DNA of 64,000 nucleotides from NCBI GenBank assembly GCA_023388965.1, contig JAEWFF010000015.1, positions 14,467-78,466 of the forward strand. Direction: 5' to 3'. The position numbers and the translations under genes were made by a program. Below the pieces are notes generated by a model. The model searched no databases. It saw nothing but the letters and a program-made list of their open reading frames with translations, and was not told the DNA's origin. Positions within the stretch are counted from its first letter, which is position 1; every line of letters begins with the position of its first letter. Shown in pieces: positions 52,601 through 63,627 of this stretch. Origin of the DNA: Pseudomonadota bacterium. Its GTDB lineage: Bacteria > Pseudomonadota > Alphaproteobacteria > Rhizobiales > Methylopilaceae.

Positions 52601-53995
52601 TCAGCCCCCCGCCTGCCGCAGATGATGGTAGAGCGCGCGCACCGCCTGCGCCTCGCCGCCGGCCGGCCCGTGCGGCCGTTCGGCCGGCGCCCAGCCGTAG
52701 ATGTCGAAATGCGCCCATCGGGCATTGCGTGTCACGAAGCGTTTCAGGAACAGCGCGGCGGTGACGGCGCCCGCCATGCCGCCGGCCGGCGCATTGGTCA
52801 GGTCGGCGATCCGGGCCGAGACGTCCTTCTCGTAGCCCTTCCACAGCGGCAGCCGCCAGAGCGGGTCGTCGGCGGCGACGCTGGCGGCGGAAAGATCGCG
52901 GGCAAGCGCCTCGTCGTCGGTGAAGAAGGGCGGAACGTCGGGGCCAAGCGCCACGCGCGCCGCACCGGTCAGCGTGGCCATGTCGACGACGAGATCGGCC
53001 TCTTCCTCGTCCGCATAGGCGAGCGCATCGGCAAGCACCAGCCGTCCCTCGGCGTCGGTATTGTCGATCTGCACTGTCAGGCCCTTGCGGCTCCGATAGA
53101 TGTCGCCCGGCCGGAAGGCGTTGCCGGAGATGGCGTTTTCGACCACCGGCAGCAGCACGCGCAGCTCGATGTCGAGCTCCGCGTCCATGATCATCAGCGC
53201 AAGGCCGAGCACGTTTGCCGCCCCGCCCATGTCCTTCTTCATCAGCAGCATCGAGGCGGCGGGCTTGATGTCGAGCCCGCCGGTATCGAAGCATACGCCC
53301 TTGCCGACGAGCGTCACGCGCCGGTGGCCCTTTCGGCCCCAGCGTAGTTCAACGAGGCGCGGGGCTTCCGCAGAAGCGCGCCCGACCGCATGGATCAGCG
53401 GGAAATTCTCCGCAAGCAGATCGTCGCCGGCGATGGTGGTGACGGTGGCCCCGTAATGGCCGGCAAGCGACCGGATGGCCGCTTCCAGCGCTTCCGGCCC
53501 CATGTCGTTGGTCGGCGTATTGATGAGGTCGCGGGTAAGGAACACGCCCGCCAGCTGCCGCTTCACGTCCGCGCCGTCCATCTCGTGCGGAAGGAGGAGC
53601 CTCGGCGTGTTTCCGCTGGAAGCCGCCTTGTAGCGGCTGAAGCGATAGCTGCCGAGACCGAAGCCGAGCGCCAGCTTGACGGCGTCGATCGCCGTCGTTT
53701 CGATGCGCCAGTCGCCGGGCGGCAGCAGCCGGGCAAGCTTGCCGGCAAGAAACGGTGTTTCGCGCGGCGTCTTGCCGAGGCCGAAGAGCGCGCCGCCGAG
53801 GCGGCCGTCGGTGGCGGGAAGGGGAACGAACGCGCCTGCCTCCGCGGCAAAGCCGGTCTTGCGCGCCCAGTCGAGAGCGGCGGGTTCGATCGTGCCGGCC
53901 TCGATTTCTCCGGGCGTAACGGCAAAGACCGGCAGGGATGGACCCTGGCCGTCGTGGAAGGGGGAAGGGCGGTCGATGAACTGGAAGGCGGGCAT
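52601..53995 (-). CDS. Leucyl aminopeptidase (M17)
   Basis: GKGVCFDTGG, MKKDMGGAA, NTDAEGRL. Confidence 0.94.
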   Translation of the reverse strand: MPAFQFIDRPSPFHDGQGPSLPVFAVTPGEIEAGTIEPAALDWARKTGFAAEAGAFVPLPATDGRLGGALFGLGKTPRETPFLAGKLARLLPPGDWRIETTAIDAVKLALGFGLGSYRFSRYKAASSGNTPRLLLPHEMDGADVKRQLAGVFLTRDLINTPTNDMGPEALEAAIRSLAGHYGATVTTIAGDDLLAENFPLIHAVGRASAEAPRLVELRWGRKGHRRVTLVGKGVCFDTGGLDIKPAASMLLMKKDMGGAANVLGLALMIMDAELDIELRVLLPVVENAISGNAFRPGDIYRSRKGLTVQIDNTDAEGRLVLADALAYADEEEADLVVDMATLTGAARVALGPDVPPFFTDDEALARDLSAASVAADDPLWRLPLWKGYEKDVSARIADLTNAPAGGMAGAVTAALFLKRFVTRNARWAHFDIYGWAPAERPHGPAGGEAQAVRALYHHLRQAGG

Positions 53996-54029
53996 GGGAC
54001 ACTTTCTGCAAGGGGCGGGAATCGTGAAA

Positions 54030-54051
54030 TTAACATTCTATTAGGGTTAAC
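54030..54051. promoter_or_regulatory. Probable CtrA site upstream of the TadD-like gene
   Basis: TTAA-CATTCTA-TTAG followed by GTTAAC. Confidence 0.5.
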
Positions 54052-54126
54052 GGAATATTTCTGGAGCAAGGGTAGCGGCGCGATTCTTTCCGCCGCACCG
54101 GGATCGGGGCTCGGGGAATTCGCAAC

Positions 54127-54936
54127 ATGACCGTTTCCGTCACACGCCATCTGCGCGCGGCCAGGCTTCTCGGTGGGGCGGCGCTGGTCGGGCTTGCCCT
54201 TTCCGGCTGCGCCGGCAAGAGCAACATCACCACGGGGTCGGTGCCGCAATCGGCCCGGGCGGCAGGCGAGATGAATGCGACCGAATTGCGCGGCGCTGCG
54301 GAAGCGGCCGGACGCGCCTATGAGAAAAACCCCAAGGATCGCAATATCGGCATGAACTATGCCAACGTCCTGCGCATGAACGGCCGCAACGATCAGGCGC
54401 TCGCCGTCATGCAGCAGGTCGCCATCTTCCATCCGAAGGACCGGGACGTGCTGGCCGCCTACGGCAAGGCGCAGGCGGCCGCCGGCCAGCTTGAGCAGGC
54501 GCTGGCCACCGTGCTGCGGGCGCAAACGCCCGACCGGCCCGACTGGCGGCTGCAATCGGCCGAAGGCGCCATCCTCGACCAGCTCGGCCGTACGGCCGAG
54601 GCCCGCCAGCGCTATCGCAAGGCGCTCGACCTGAAGCCGAACGAGCCGTCGGTCCTGTCCAATCTCGGCATGTCCTATCTTCTGGCCCGCGATCTCAAGA
54701 CGGCCGAGACCTATATGCGTTCCGCCGTCGCCCAGCCGGGCGCCGACAGCAGCGTCCGCCAGAACCTGGCGCTGACCGTCGGCCTTCAGGGGCGCTTCCA
54801 GGAAGCCGAGACCATCGCCCGGCAGGAATTGACGGCCCAGCAGGCCGAGGCGAACGTCGCCTATCTGCGCTCGATGCTGACCCAGCAGAATGCCTGGAAG
54901 CAGCTCGCCGCCGACGACAGCAAGAACACCAACTGA
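54127..54936 (+). CDS. tadD: TPR lipoprotein (TadD-like pilotin)
   Basis: LSGC lipobox, TPR repeats, adjacent to the tad cluster. Confidence 0.8.
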   Translation: MTVSVTRHLRAARLLGGAALVGLALSGCAGKSNITTGSVPQSARAAGEMNATELRGAAEAAGRAYEKNPKDRNIGMNYANVLRMNGRNDQALAVMQQVAIFHPKDRDVLAAYGKAQAAAGQLEQALATVLRAQTPDRPDWRLQSAEGAILDQLGRTAEARQRYRKALDLKPNEPSVLSNLGMSYLLARDLKTAETYMRSAVAQPGADSSVRQNLALTVGLQGRFQEAETIARQELTAQQAEANVAYLRSMLTQQNAWKQLAADDSKNTN

Positions 54937-55003
54937 ACCGACCGGACCCTTCGCAAAGCCGCTGATCCCGTCGGTACGGGATCAACGGCGGCGGCGGGTG
55001 TTT

Positions 55004-55987
55004 TCAGAACCGGTCGGCGACCTGGATCCCGGCCGGCCCGAGGATGACGGCGACCAGCACGGGCAGGAAGAACAGAATCATCGGCACGGTCAGCTTCGGC
55101 GGCAGCGCCGCGGCCTTCTTTTCCGCCTCGTTCATGCGCTGGTCGCGGCATTCCTGCGCCAGAACCCGGAGCGCCTGCGCCAGCGGCGTGCCGTAGCGTT
55201 CGGCCTGGATCAGCGCTTGCGTCACCGATTTCACCGTATCGAGGCCGACACGCGCGCCGAGGTTCTCATAGGCCGCGCGCCGTTCCTGAAGGAAGGAAAG
55301 CTCGGCATTGGTCAGCACCAGTTCCTCGGCCAGCTCCGGCGAGGCCATGGCGATCTCATCCGCCACGCGCCTCAGCGCGACCTCGATGGAAATGCCGGAT
55401 TCGACGCAGATCAGCATGAGATCGAGCGCGTCCGGCCATGCCCTGCGGATCGAGGCCTGCCGCTTGGTGACCTTGTTGGAGATGTAGAGGTTCGGCGCGT
55501 AGAAGCCGAGATAGGCGATGCCGATCACCGCCAGCAGGCGCATGGGCATCGGCTTGTCGGCGAGATTGCCGAGATAGAAGATATAGAAGGAGCCGGCCGC
55601 CAGGAAGACGAAGGGCAGCACGAAGCGGGCGAAGAGAAAGACGTTGAGCGCGTTCTGGGAGCGATAGCCCGCCTGGCGCAGCCGGTTCACCGTATTGCCG
55701 TCGACCAGCGCCTCGCGCAGGTTCAGCCGTTCCACGATCTGGCGGACGGACGTATTGTTCTGGGCTCGCAGGCTGGCCTTGCCCTGTGTCGCCTCGGCGT
55801 GCTGGCGCGCGCGCTCGCGGGCGCGGATCTGGTCGCGCTCCAGCGCCACCGCCTTCATCCGCTTGCCGAGGTCGCCACGCTCGAAATAGGGCGCGGCGAG
55901 CGTGTAGAAGGTCGCAAGCACCGTGATCATCACGAGGGCGGGAAGCAGGACCGCCGGGTCGGTGAGCGTGGAGACGAGTCCGGACAT
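55004..55987 (-). CDS. tadC: Tad inner-membrane protein TadC
   Basis: PDALDLMLICVESG, AEKKAAALPPKLTVPM. Confidence 0.92.
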   Translation of the reverse strand: MSGLVSTLTDPAVLLPALVMITVLATFYTLAAPYFERGDLGKRMKAVALERDQIRARERARQHAEATQGKASLRAQNNTSVRQIVERLNLREALVDGNTVNRLRQAGYRSQNALNVFLFARFVLPFVFLAAGSFYIFYLGNLADKPMPMRLLAVIGIAYLGFYAPNLYISNKVTKRQASIRRAWPDALDLMLICVESGISIEVALRRVADEIAMASPELAEELVLTNAELSFLQERRAAYENLGARVGLDTVKSVTQALIQAERYGTPLAQALRVLAQECRDQRMNEAEKKAAALPPKLTVPMILFFLPVLVAVILGPAGIQVADRF

Positions 55988-55999
55988 GATCGCGGGTTC

Positions 56000-57010
56000 C
56001 TAGATTTCGAAGTTGATCATGTTGCGCATGATCACGATGCCGATCGTCATCCAGATCGCCGACAGGCCGAGGATCAGGTGGCCGCGGGGATCCTGGAACA
56101 GGATCACGATGTAATCCGGCGAGGTGAGATAGACGAGCAGCGCGACGATGAAGGGCAGCGCGCCGATGATCGCGGCGGAAGCCTTCGCCTCCATCGACAG
56201 CGCGTTGATCTTCGCCCGCATCTTGCGGCGCTCGCGCAGCACGCGGGAAAGGTTGCCGAGCGCCTCGGAAAGATTGCCCCCCGCCTGATTCTGGATGGCG
56301 ATGACGATGGCGAAGAAATTCACTTCCTGAAGCGGAATATTGGTGAACATGCGCGCGCAGGCGTCCGGCACCCCGAGACCCATCTGCTGCGCCTCGACGA
56401 CGCGCCGGAACTCCGTCTTCACCGGCTCCTGCCCCTCGGCGGCGATGAGCCGCAGCGCGTCGGTGAGCGGCAGGCCCGCCTTGATCGAGCGCACCATGAT
56501 GTCGAGCGAGTTCGGGAATTCCTCCAGGAACCGCTTGAAGCGGCGCTTGATCAGGAAGCCGACGAACCAGCGCGGCAGGCCGGCCCCCGCGACGAAAGCG
56601 AGGCCGAGGCAGAGAAGCGGCGGCAGGCCGGCGATGAAGGCGAGCAGCAGTGCGGCGGCTCCGAAAAGCCCGCTGAAAAGATAGAAGCGGCCGACGCTGA
56701 GGGTCAGGCCGGCCTGAGCGAGCCTGGCCTTGATGCTGGTCGGAATGCGTTTGGTCTGTTCGCGCTGCTTCTTTTCCAGTTCCTTCAGCGAATCCTGCAC
56801 GGATTTCCGGCGCTTGGAGATTTCCTGCATGCGGTCGCGGGCGGCCTTGGCCTTGGACTGGTCGGTCTCAGCCGCCTTCACCCGCCGCACGCGGGTCTCC
56901 GTCTTCTTCTCGGTCTCGATCCGTGCGAACAGGAGCCCGTAGCAGAGGCCGCCGGTGGAAAGTGCCGCCAGCGCGATGATCGCCACTATGGTGATGTCCA
57001 GCCCGAACAT
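56000..57010 (-). CDS. tadB: Tad inner-membrane protein TadB
   Basis: FPNSLDIMVRSIKAG, GGNLSEAL; start corrected to 57010. Confidence 0.92.
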   Translation of the reverse strand: MFGLDITIVAIIALAALSTGGLCYGLLFARIETEKKTETRVRRVKAAETDQSKAKAARDRMQEISKRRKSVQDSLKELEKKQREQTKRIPTSIKARLAQAGLTLSVGRFYLFSGLFGAAALLLAFIAGLPPLLCLGLAFVAGAGLPRWFVGFLIKRRFKRFLEEFPNSLDIMVRSIKAGLPLTDALRLIAAEGQEPVKTEFRRVVEAQQMGLGVPDACARMFTNIPLQEVNFFAIVIAIQNQAGGNLSEALGNLSRVLRERRKMRAKINALSMEAKASAAIIGALPFIVALLVYLTSPDYIVILFQDPRGHLILGLSAIWMTIGIVIMRNMINFEI

Positions 57011-57029
57011 GCCGCCGTCCCGTCTGCCC

Positions 57030-58517
57030 TCAGGGCTTTTCCATGGCGTCGAGCGTCGCCGCCAGGCGTTTGTCCTCGTTGAAGTAGCGCGCCCGATCCC
57101 AGAAATGCGGCTTGCCGATGCCGGTTCCGGCATGGCGGCCGAGGATGCGCCCGTTGGCGTCTTCGCCTTCGATCTCGAAGCGCATCAGGTCCTGGGTGAC
57201 GATGACGTCGCCCTCCATGCCCACGACTTCCGTGACGTGGGTGATGCGGCGGGAGCCGTCCCGCAGGCGCGTGGCCTGGATGATGACGTCGATCGAGCCG
57301 GCGATGATCTCGCGCACCGTCTTGGCCGGCAGCGTATAGCCGCCCATGGCGATCATCGATTCCATGCGCGACAGGCATTCGCGCGGCGTGTTGGCGTGGA
57401 TCGTGCCCATCGAGCCGTCGTGGCCGGTGTTCATCGCCTGCAGGAGGTCGAACACTTCCGGCCCGCGCACTTCCCCGACGATGATGCGCTCGGGCCGCAT
57501 GCGCAGGCAGTTCTTGATGAGATCGCGCATGGTGATCTCGCCCTCGCCCTCGATGTTCGGCGGGCGGGTTTCGAGGCGTACGACATGCGGCTGCTGAAGC
57601 TGGAGTTCGGCCGAATCCTCGCAGGTGATGATGCGCTCGTCGGTATCGATATAGCGGGTGAGGCAGTTGAGCAGCGTCGTCTTGCCCGAGCCGGTACCGC
57701 CGGAGATCACCAGATTGCACCGCACACGGCCGATGATCTGGAGCAGCGTCGCACCTTCGGGCGTGATCGATCCGAACCGGACGAGCTGGTCGAGCGTCAG
57801 CTTGTCCTTCTTGAACTTGCGGATGGTCAGCGCGGTGCCGTCGATGGCCAGCGGCGGCGCGATGACGTTGACGCGCGAGCCGTCGGGCAGGCGCGCATCG
57901 CAGATCGGCGAGGATTCGTCGACGCGGCGACCGACCTGGCTGACGATGCGCTGGCAGATGTTCAAGAGCTGCTGGTTGTCGCGAAAGCGGATCTGCGTCT
58001 GCTCGACGCGGCCGGCGACTTCGATGAAGACCTGCCGGGCGCCATTGACCATAATGTCGGCAATGTCGTCGCGCGCCAGAAGCGGCTCGAGCGGGCCGTA
58101 GCCGAGGACGTCGTTGCAGATGTCCTCGAGCAGTTCCTCCTGCTCGGAGATCGACATCGCGAAATTCTTGATCGCAATGATGTCGTTGACGATGTCGCGG
58201 ATTTCCTCGCGCGCGGCGTCCGGCTCGAGCTTGGCGAGCTGCGACAGGTCGATCGTGTCGATGAGGGCGGAGAAGACCTGGCTCTTGGTGTCGTAATAGG
58301 CTTCGGAACGCGGCCGGGCCTGCGTTGCGACGCGTTTCGGCTCAGGGGCCAGCGGGGGCGTCGGATCGACCGCGCGCTTGGGCGCGGCGGAGCTTTCCGG
58401 CCCGCGCTCCACCGGACGTTCGTCAAGCGTCAGCGATTCGGAGACGGGCGCCGCGGGTGCGGGCCTGAATTCCGGAGTGTTGCGGCTTCCGCCTTCGTTT
58501 CCACGCTTGCCAAACAT
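57030..58517 (-). CDS. cpaF: Tad pilus ATPase CpaF/TadA
   Basis: [32 protein letters not shown]. Confidence 0.95.
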   Translation of the reverse strand: MFGKRGNEGGSRNTPEFRPAPAAPVSESLTLDERPVERGPESSAAPKRAVDPTPPLAPEPKRVATQARPRSEAYYDTKSQVFSALIDTIDLSQLAKLEPDAAREEIRDIVNDIIAIKNFAMSISEQEELLEDICNDVLGYGPLEPLLARDDIADIMVNGARQVFIEVAGRVEQTQIRFRDNQQLLNICQRIVSQVGRRVDESSPICDARLPDGSRVNVIAPPLAIDGTALTIRKFKKDKLTLDQLVRFGSITPEGATLLQIIGRVRCNLVISGGTGSGKTTLLNCLTRYIDTDERIITCEDSAELQLQQPHVVRLETRPPNIEGEGEITMRDLIKNCLRMRPERIIVGEVRGPEVFDLLQAMNTGHDGSMGTIHANTPRECLSRMESMIAMGGYTLPAKTVREIIAGSIDVIIQATRLRDGSRRITHVTEVVGMEGDVIVTQDLMRFEIEGEDANGRILGRHAGTGIGKPHFWDRARYFNEDKRLAATLDAMEKP

Positions 58518-58587
58518 CGTTATGCCCGTCGTCCCCCGGCCCCGCCATCGGTGCCCAAGATGGATTTCTGCCGTCGATCGGCAGCGC

Positions 58588-59871
58588 TCACGCGCTCTTC
58601 TTCTTCATCTTCAGGCGGCCCAGCAGATCGCCGATGCCGGCCTTCCGTTTCGATTTCATCTCGCTGCGTCCCGTCAGCACATGCGCCATCTCATGCACGA
58701 TCTTGACGATGGCGTGCTGCGCGTCCGTCTCGCCCAGCATCCGGCCATTGTTTGCCGCATTGCCGAAGAGCAGCGGCTCGAACGGGATGACGGCCAGCGG
58801 CATGACGCCGAGCGGCTCGGAGAAATCGTCCGGGGAAATCTCCGGCCGCTTCGGCACGCCGGCCTGGTTAATGATCAGCTTGGGCGGCGCATCGTTGGGG
58901 CGCAGCTTGCGCAGCATGTCGATCAGGTTCTTCGTGTTGCGCAGATTGGCCAGTTCGGGCGTCGCCGTGATCACGATCTCGTCGGCCTGCGCCAGCGTCT
59001 GCCGGGTCCACCCCGTCCATACATGGGGAACGTCGAGGATCACGGTCGGCGCGCTGCGCTGCGCGGTCTCGATCAGCGATGCGAACGCGTCCGCATCGAA
59101 ATCGTAGATCCGGTCGAGCGTCGAAGGCGCGGCTAAGAGCGACAGGCGCTCGGCGCACTGGGCCAGCAGGCGGTCGAGATAGACCTCGTCGATGCGCTCG
59201 GGCGAGAACACCGCCTCGGCGATGCCCTGTGCGGGGTCCTGGTCGAAATTGATGTTGGCGGTGCCGAAGGCGAGGTCCATGTCGGCCACGACCACTTCCG
59301 ACTGGAAAAGCGTCGACAGCGTCCAGGCAACGTTGTGCGCGATGGTCGAGGAGCCGACGCCGCCTTTGGCGCCGATGAAGGCGATGGAGCGCCCGATCGG
59401 CTCTGCATCGGGATCGACGAAGATCTTGGCAATGTCGGCGACGATGTCGGCCATCGAGATCGGCGCGACGATGTATTCGGAGATGCCGAAGCGGATCAGC
59501 TCGCGATAGAGCGACACGTCATTGTGGTGGCCGATCACCACGACCTTGCTCGCCGGGTCGCAGACTTCGGCCAACTTCTCGAGCCTGCCGATCAGGTTTC
59601 TCGGTTCGTCGCGCGATTCGATGATGATCAGGTTCGGCGTCGGCGCCGTGTGATAGAACTCGATCGCCGTCTGGATGCCGCCCATGTGAACCTTCACATG
59701 CGCCTTGGCCATCCGGCGATCCTCGGCGGCGCGCTCGATCGGCTGCGCCACCCCGTCGGTTTCGCAGAAAGCCTGGATCGAGATGCGCGGAACGGGCCGC
59801 AGCGCCTGCATCGCGGCGGCATCGGGCACGACGGCGTCGTTCGGATCGGTGGTGTAGGCCAGGTTTGTCAT
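58588..59871 (-). CDS. cpaE: Pilus localisation protein CpaE/TadZ
   Basis: Atypical receiver domain plus deviant Walker A AKGGVGSS. Confidence 0.92.
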   Translation of the reverse strand: MTNLAYTTDPNDAVVPDAAAMQALRPVPRISIQAFCETDGVAQPIERAAEDRRMAKAHVKVHMGGIQTAIEFYHTAPTPNLIIIESRDEPRNLIGRLEKLAEVCDPASKVVVIGHHNDVSLYRELIRFGISEYIVAPISMADIVADIAKIFVDPDAEPIGRSIAFIGAKGGVGSSTIAHNVAWTLSTLFQSEVVVADMDLAFGTANINFDQDPAQGIAEAVFSPERIDEVYLDRLLAQCAERLSLLAAPSTLDRIYDFDADAFASLIETAQRSAPTVILDVPHVWTGWTRQTLAQADEIVITATPELANLRNTKNLIDMLRKLRPNDAPPKLIINQAGVPKRPEISPDDFSEPLGVMPLAVIPFEPLLFGNAANNGRMLGETDAQHAIVKIVHEMAHVLTGRSEMKSKRKAGIGDLLGRLKMKKKSA

Positions 59872-59892
59872 GTCGTTGCCCCCACGCTGTCC

Positions 59893-60591
59893 TTAGTAGT
59901 TGATCTCGGACGTGCCGATGAATTCCGGCGCGACCTGGCGGCGCTGATACTGGTCGATGGCGTTCGAGCGGTTCTGGGCGTCGATCGGCGTCGTCTCGCG
60001 CGGCGTCAGGAGATCGGCCGGGTTTGCGATCTGGGCCGCGAGGTTGTTCTGGTAGGAACAGCCGAAATTCGCCCAGTGCTTGTTGTCGACCCGCGCCAGC
60101 ATGTCTTCCGGCCAGCGCCCGCAATTGGAGGCGACCTGCGCGCGCATGTTGGCGTAGGTGATGCGGATCGGGGCGGAGGCGTCAGTGGGCGCCTGGTAGT
60201 GTTGCTGGACGACGCGATTCTGCGGCACCCCTGCCCTGTGCAGGTGGCTGGCGAACTGCGCGGCGATGCGCGATGCAGCCGCCGAGTTGGCCGAACCGTA
60301 GGGAACCATTAGATGGACCATCGGCGCGGCCTTGCCGTCATAGCGCGACATGAAGCCGGTCAGCGCCGTGCGCTGGACGCGCGTCATCTGGTAGTCGTTG
60401 AGACCGACCGGGATGTCGATCTTCTCCTGCTTCTCCGCGATGACGATCGGGTGGTTGGTCCGGTAGTCGTCCGGGATCGCACCGACCACGATGCTGTCGC
60501 GCTGCGTGCAGCCGGCGGCGAAGGCGGCCGAGCCGACGAGCGCAAGGGCGATCAGGAAGCGGGAATTCCGGTTGGTTTTCTGGGCAGACAT
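59893..60591 (-). CDS. cpaD: Pilus assembly lipoprotein CpaD
   Basis: AAGC lipobox, DDYRTNHPI, NFGC..NLAAQIANPADL; alternative GTG start at 60609. Confidence 0.9.
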   Translation of the reverse strand: MSAQKTNRNSRFLIALALVGSAAFAAGCTQRDSIVVGAIPDDYRTNHPIVIAEKQEKIDIPVGLNDYQMTRVQRTALTGFMSRYDGKAAPMVHLMVPYGSANSAAASRIAAQFASHLHRAGVPQNRVVQQHYQAPTDASAPIRITYANMRAQVASNCGRWPEDMLARVDNKHWANFGCSYQNNLAAQIANPADLLTPRETTPIDAQNRSNAIDQYQRRQVAPEFIGTSEINY

Positions 60592-60605
60592 CGTTCGGTC
60601 CCCGC

Positions 60606-62138
60606 TCACTTGTAGATGAACCCGACCACGCCGTGGTAGCGGCCGGCGGGCCGATCTGTCTTCATGGTTCCGTAGACGCGGTTGACGCGGCCAAGGAAAT
60701 TGCCCGCGCCTTCCGAGGCGGGGTTGAAATTGTCGGTCGGAGCGGCGAGCTCGTTACGGGCCACCGGCCGCGCCAGATAGGGCGTGACGATGATGACGAG
60801 CTCGGTCTCGTTGCGCTCGAAGGCCCGGCTGCGGAAGAGCGCGCCGAGGACGGGCACCCGCGAAAGACCAGGCAGGCCGTTGATCGACTGGCGCACGTCG
60901 TCGCGGACAAGTCCGGCGATCATCATCGAGCCGCCCGAGGGAAGTTCGACGGTGGTATCGGCGAGGCGCTTGCGGATGGAGACGATGTTCATCCCCTGCA
61001 AATTGCCGCCCTGGTTTCTGCGCGATGCTCCTTCGAAGAGAACCGACCCTTCGGTCGTCGGCTCGGAAACCTGAGTGCGCAGCTTCAGGCTGATGCGGCC
61101 GGGTGACAGGACGGTCGGCTGAAACTCCAGGCCGATACCGTACTCCACCTGCTCGACCTCGTAGGTCAGCGCGCCGTCGTCATCCTGATCACGGTCCCGG
61201 ACCATGTTGAACTCGCCGCCGACGCGGAAGGTGGCTTTCTCTCCGGAGACGGCCGTCAGCGTCGGCTCGGCGAGGGTCTTCATGACCCCCGACTGTTCCA
61301 TCGCATTGAAATAGGCGTCGAGCGCCGAGCCCCCGATCCCGAAACCGCTGTTCGAAAGCGGCTTCCCGAGACCCATCGAGCTTTCATTGATCATCGACCA
61401 GTTGATACCGTTCGACCCGCTGCCGACCATGTTCACGCCCAACTGGCGCATGACGGACCGGCTGACCTCGGCAATCGTCACCTTCAGCGTGACTTGATCC
61501 TCGCCCACGATCGACAGCATGTTGACGATCTGGGAGACGCGGCGTTCGTTGTCGGGGTTGTTGATGTCGACACCGCCCGTCGCGGCGCCGCCGGCGGCGG
61601 TCTGCGCGAACTGGCCGGTGGTCGCTTCACCGCCCGAGACGAAGAGCTGGGCGATCTGTTCGGCGCGTTTGGCATCGAGCGGCGTATCCACCGTTCCCGA
61701 CAGGACGACGTTGTCGTTGATGAGTTCGACCTTGATCGCCGAGTTCGGCAGATAGCGCTTCAGATGGTCCTCGAGACCTGCCACGTCGCGCTCGATCGAC
61801 AGGTCGAGGCTGACGATCTGCTCGCCATTGGCGCCGAAGACGAAAATGTTGGTCTCGCCGACCTGCTTGCCGAACAGATAGATCCGTCGCGACGTGCGCG
61901 TCACCGCGTCGGCAACGGCCGGATTGGCGACCAGAATGTCGTAGGCATCCGCCGGCAGGTCGATGACGATCGACTTGTTGAGGCCGAGCTTGACGCGCTG
62001 GTTCGCGGCCTGCGACGCGATCCGCACCTGGGCACTCGCGCCCGCCGTATCGGCAAGGATCATGACGCCGGCCAGCGGCGCCGCCAGTGCAACCGCTGCG
62101 GCGGTGCCGATCAACGCGGTCTTGAAGGTGCGGATCAT
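60606..62138 (-). CDS. cpaC: Tad secretin CpaC/RcpA
   Basis: LAEPTLTAVSGEKATFRVGGE, VPVLGALFRS, ELVIIVTPYL. Confidence 0.93.
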   Translation of the reverse strand: MIRTFKTALIGTAAAVALAAPLAGVMILADTAGASAQVRIASQAANQRVKLGLNKSIVIDLPADAYDILVANPAVADAVTRTSRRIYLFGKQVGETNIFVFGANGEQIVSLDLSIERDVAGLEDHLKRYLPNSAIKVELINDNVVLSGTVDTPLDAKRAEQIAQLFVSGGEATTGQFAQTAAGGAATGGVDINNPDNERRVSQIVNMLSIVGEDQVTLKVTIAEVSRSVMRQLGVNMVGSGSNGINWSMINESSMGLGKPLSNSGFGIGGSALDAYFNAMEQSGVMKTLAEPTLTAVSGEKATFRVGGEFNMVRDRDQDDDGALTYEVEQVEYGIGLEFQPTVLSPGRISLKLRTQVSEPTTEGSVLFEGASRRNQGGNLQGMNIVSIRKRLADTTVELPSGGSMMIAGLVRDDVRQSINGLPGLSRVPVLGALFRSRAFERNETELVIIVTPYLARPVARNELAAPTDNFNPASEGAGNFLGRVNRVYGTMKTDRPAGRYHGVVGFIYK

Positions 62139-62950
62139 TGGCGGCCCCCTACTTCGGACACCTGTCCGGACTTGATCAATCGAATGGCGTCGCGGCGCCC
62201 GCTGCCCGACAGAAGGTGATCGGCCTGATCTGTGACGACTTCCTGCGTGTCGACGACGGACCGCAGCGCCAGGCTCAGCCGGTCCGCCATCTGCTGGGCG
62301 ACCGTGATGATTTCCGCCTGCTCGGGCGAAAGCTCCAGCGTCGCCGTTTCGCCCACCTTCACCCTGCGGCCTTCCTCGTCCTCCTGGATCGCCTGGTCGA
62401 TCGCGAGAACGCGGATGTTGCGCAGCACGGTTTCGGTCGAATAGCTCTCCGTGCCCGAACTGTTGGTCTGGCGGCGGGTCATGATGACGTCGACATAGTC
62501 GTTTGGAAGGATGAAGCCGCCGGCCGACGTGTCGGCCGAGATCTGCGTCGCGACCGCCCGCTTGCCCGACGGCAGGATCGACGACATGAAGCTCTGGCCC
62601 TCGCCGATCAGCTTGGAGCGACGCAGCGGCTCGCCTGCATAGATCGGAACGCGCGCAATCGCGGTCTGCAATTCCTCCAGCGCATTCGGGTCGGTGTCGC
62701 GGCGGATGAAGTAGTCATAGACGTTGCTGGACGGCCAGGACTGCCAGCTCAATTGCTGGCCGAGTTCGCCGCCCATCGGCACGTCACCGCTGAGAACGAG
62801 CACCTCCGTCAGCGCAATGGCGGGCTCGGACGGTCCGGAATCGACGAAGACCTGTTCGGGCGGTGCGGACGCCATGTTCCTGGCAATGATGCCAGCCCCC
62901 GCGGCGGCCACGACCGCAACGCCAAGGATGATCACTCTGGATGGAGCCAT
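62135..62950 (-). CDS. cpaB: Flp pilus assembly protein CpaB
   Basis: SAF domain, AGGFILPNDYVDVI, VLAIDQ, LSLALRS. Confidence 0.93.
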   Translation of the reverse strand: MAPSRVIILGVAVVAAAGAGIIARNMASAPPEQVFVDSGPSEPAIALTEVLVLSGDVPMGGELGQQLSWQSWPSSNVYDYFIRRDTDPNALEELQTAIARVPIYAGEPLRRSKLIGEGQSFMSSILPSGKRAVATQISADTSAGGFILPNDYVDVIMTRRQTNSSGTESYSTETVLRNIRVLAIDQAIQEDEEGRRVKVGETATLELSPEQAEIITVAQQMADRLSLALRSVVDTQEVVTDQADHLLSGSGRRDAIRLIKSGQVSEVGGRQ

Positions 62951-63005
62951 GTCCGCGCCCTTTACCCGGCAGTTCCTCTAAGCCAGGGCAGACCTTGCAA
63001 CATCA

Positions 63006-63060
63006 ATCGTCAAATTAAGGTTAACGGCTCGCTTACACTTATGCTTAACAAGCGGTTGAC
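63006..63060. promoter_or_regulatory. CtrA-like sites upstream of cpaB
   Basis: Minus-strand TTAA-CCTTAAT-TTGAC (63009-63024) and plus-strand TTAA-CAAGCGG-TTGAC (63045-63060). Confidence 0.6.
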
Positions 63061-63066
63061 GGCACT

Positions 63067-63585
63067 TTACCTGGTCAAGGCCTGCATGGCCCAGACGCCG
63101 AGCGGGGAGCTTGGAAAGACCATCAGTCCCGCCGCGCCGAGCGCCACGCCATACGGGATTCCCACGCGCCGGTCGGCGAACTTGCGCAGCAAGAGGAAAT
63201 TGCCCGTGACGTCCGAGATCGGCGAGTTGCGATAGACGAGGATGGCCAGCGTCAGCATCCCGCCCCAGACCGCGCCGAGAACGGCATATTCGGCAAGCGG
63301 CGTCCCGAACCCCATCCACAGCGCCGTTGCCGCCAGCAGCTTGGCATCGCCGCCGCCCATCGTGCCCAGCGCGAAAAGCCCGAACGTGACGGCCAGAACC
63401 GCCATTGCCGCCAGCACATGAAATCCGATCGCCGCCAGCGGCATTCCGGTTAGCGGGGCGACGATGAGGAAGGTCGCGACGAGGAGAACCGACACGCGAT
63501 TGGCGATCGTCATCGTGATCATGTCCGAAATGGCGGCATAGACCATGCAGAACGGAAAAATGACCAGGATCAGGGCTTCGATCAT
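63067..63585 (-). CDS. cpaA: Prepilin peptidase CpaA/TadV
   Basis: ISD...IAN and MGGGDAKL aspartates, IPYGVA. Confidence 0.92.
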   Translation of the reverse strand: MIEALILVIFPFCMVYAAISDMITMTIANRVSVLLVATFLIVAPLTGMPLAAIGFHVLAAMAVLAVTFGLFALGTMGGGDAKLLAATALWMGFGTPLAEYAVLGAVWGGMLTLAILVYRNSPISDVTGNFLLLRKFADRRVGIPYGVALGAAGLMVFPSSPLGVWAMQALTR

Positions 63586-63627
63586 GACGGGTCCTCGGCA
63601 CAAAGGCCAAATCTAGACATGCCGCGC

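Noticed and set aside
54890..57082. 730-aa plus-strand ORF and similar long ORFs (12994-15324, 16208-18082, 39656-41488, 51416-53347)
   Set aside because: Antisense or off-frame to well-supported genes; expected from stop-codon scarcity at high GC
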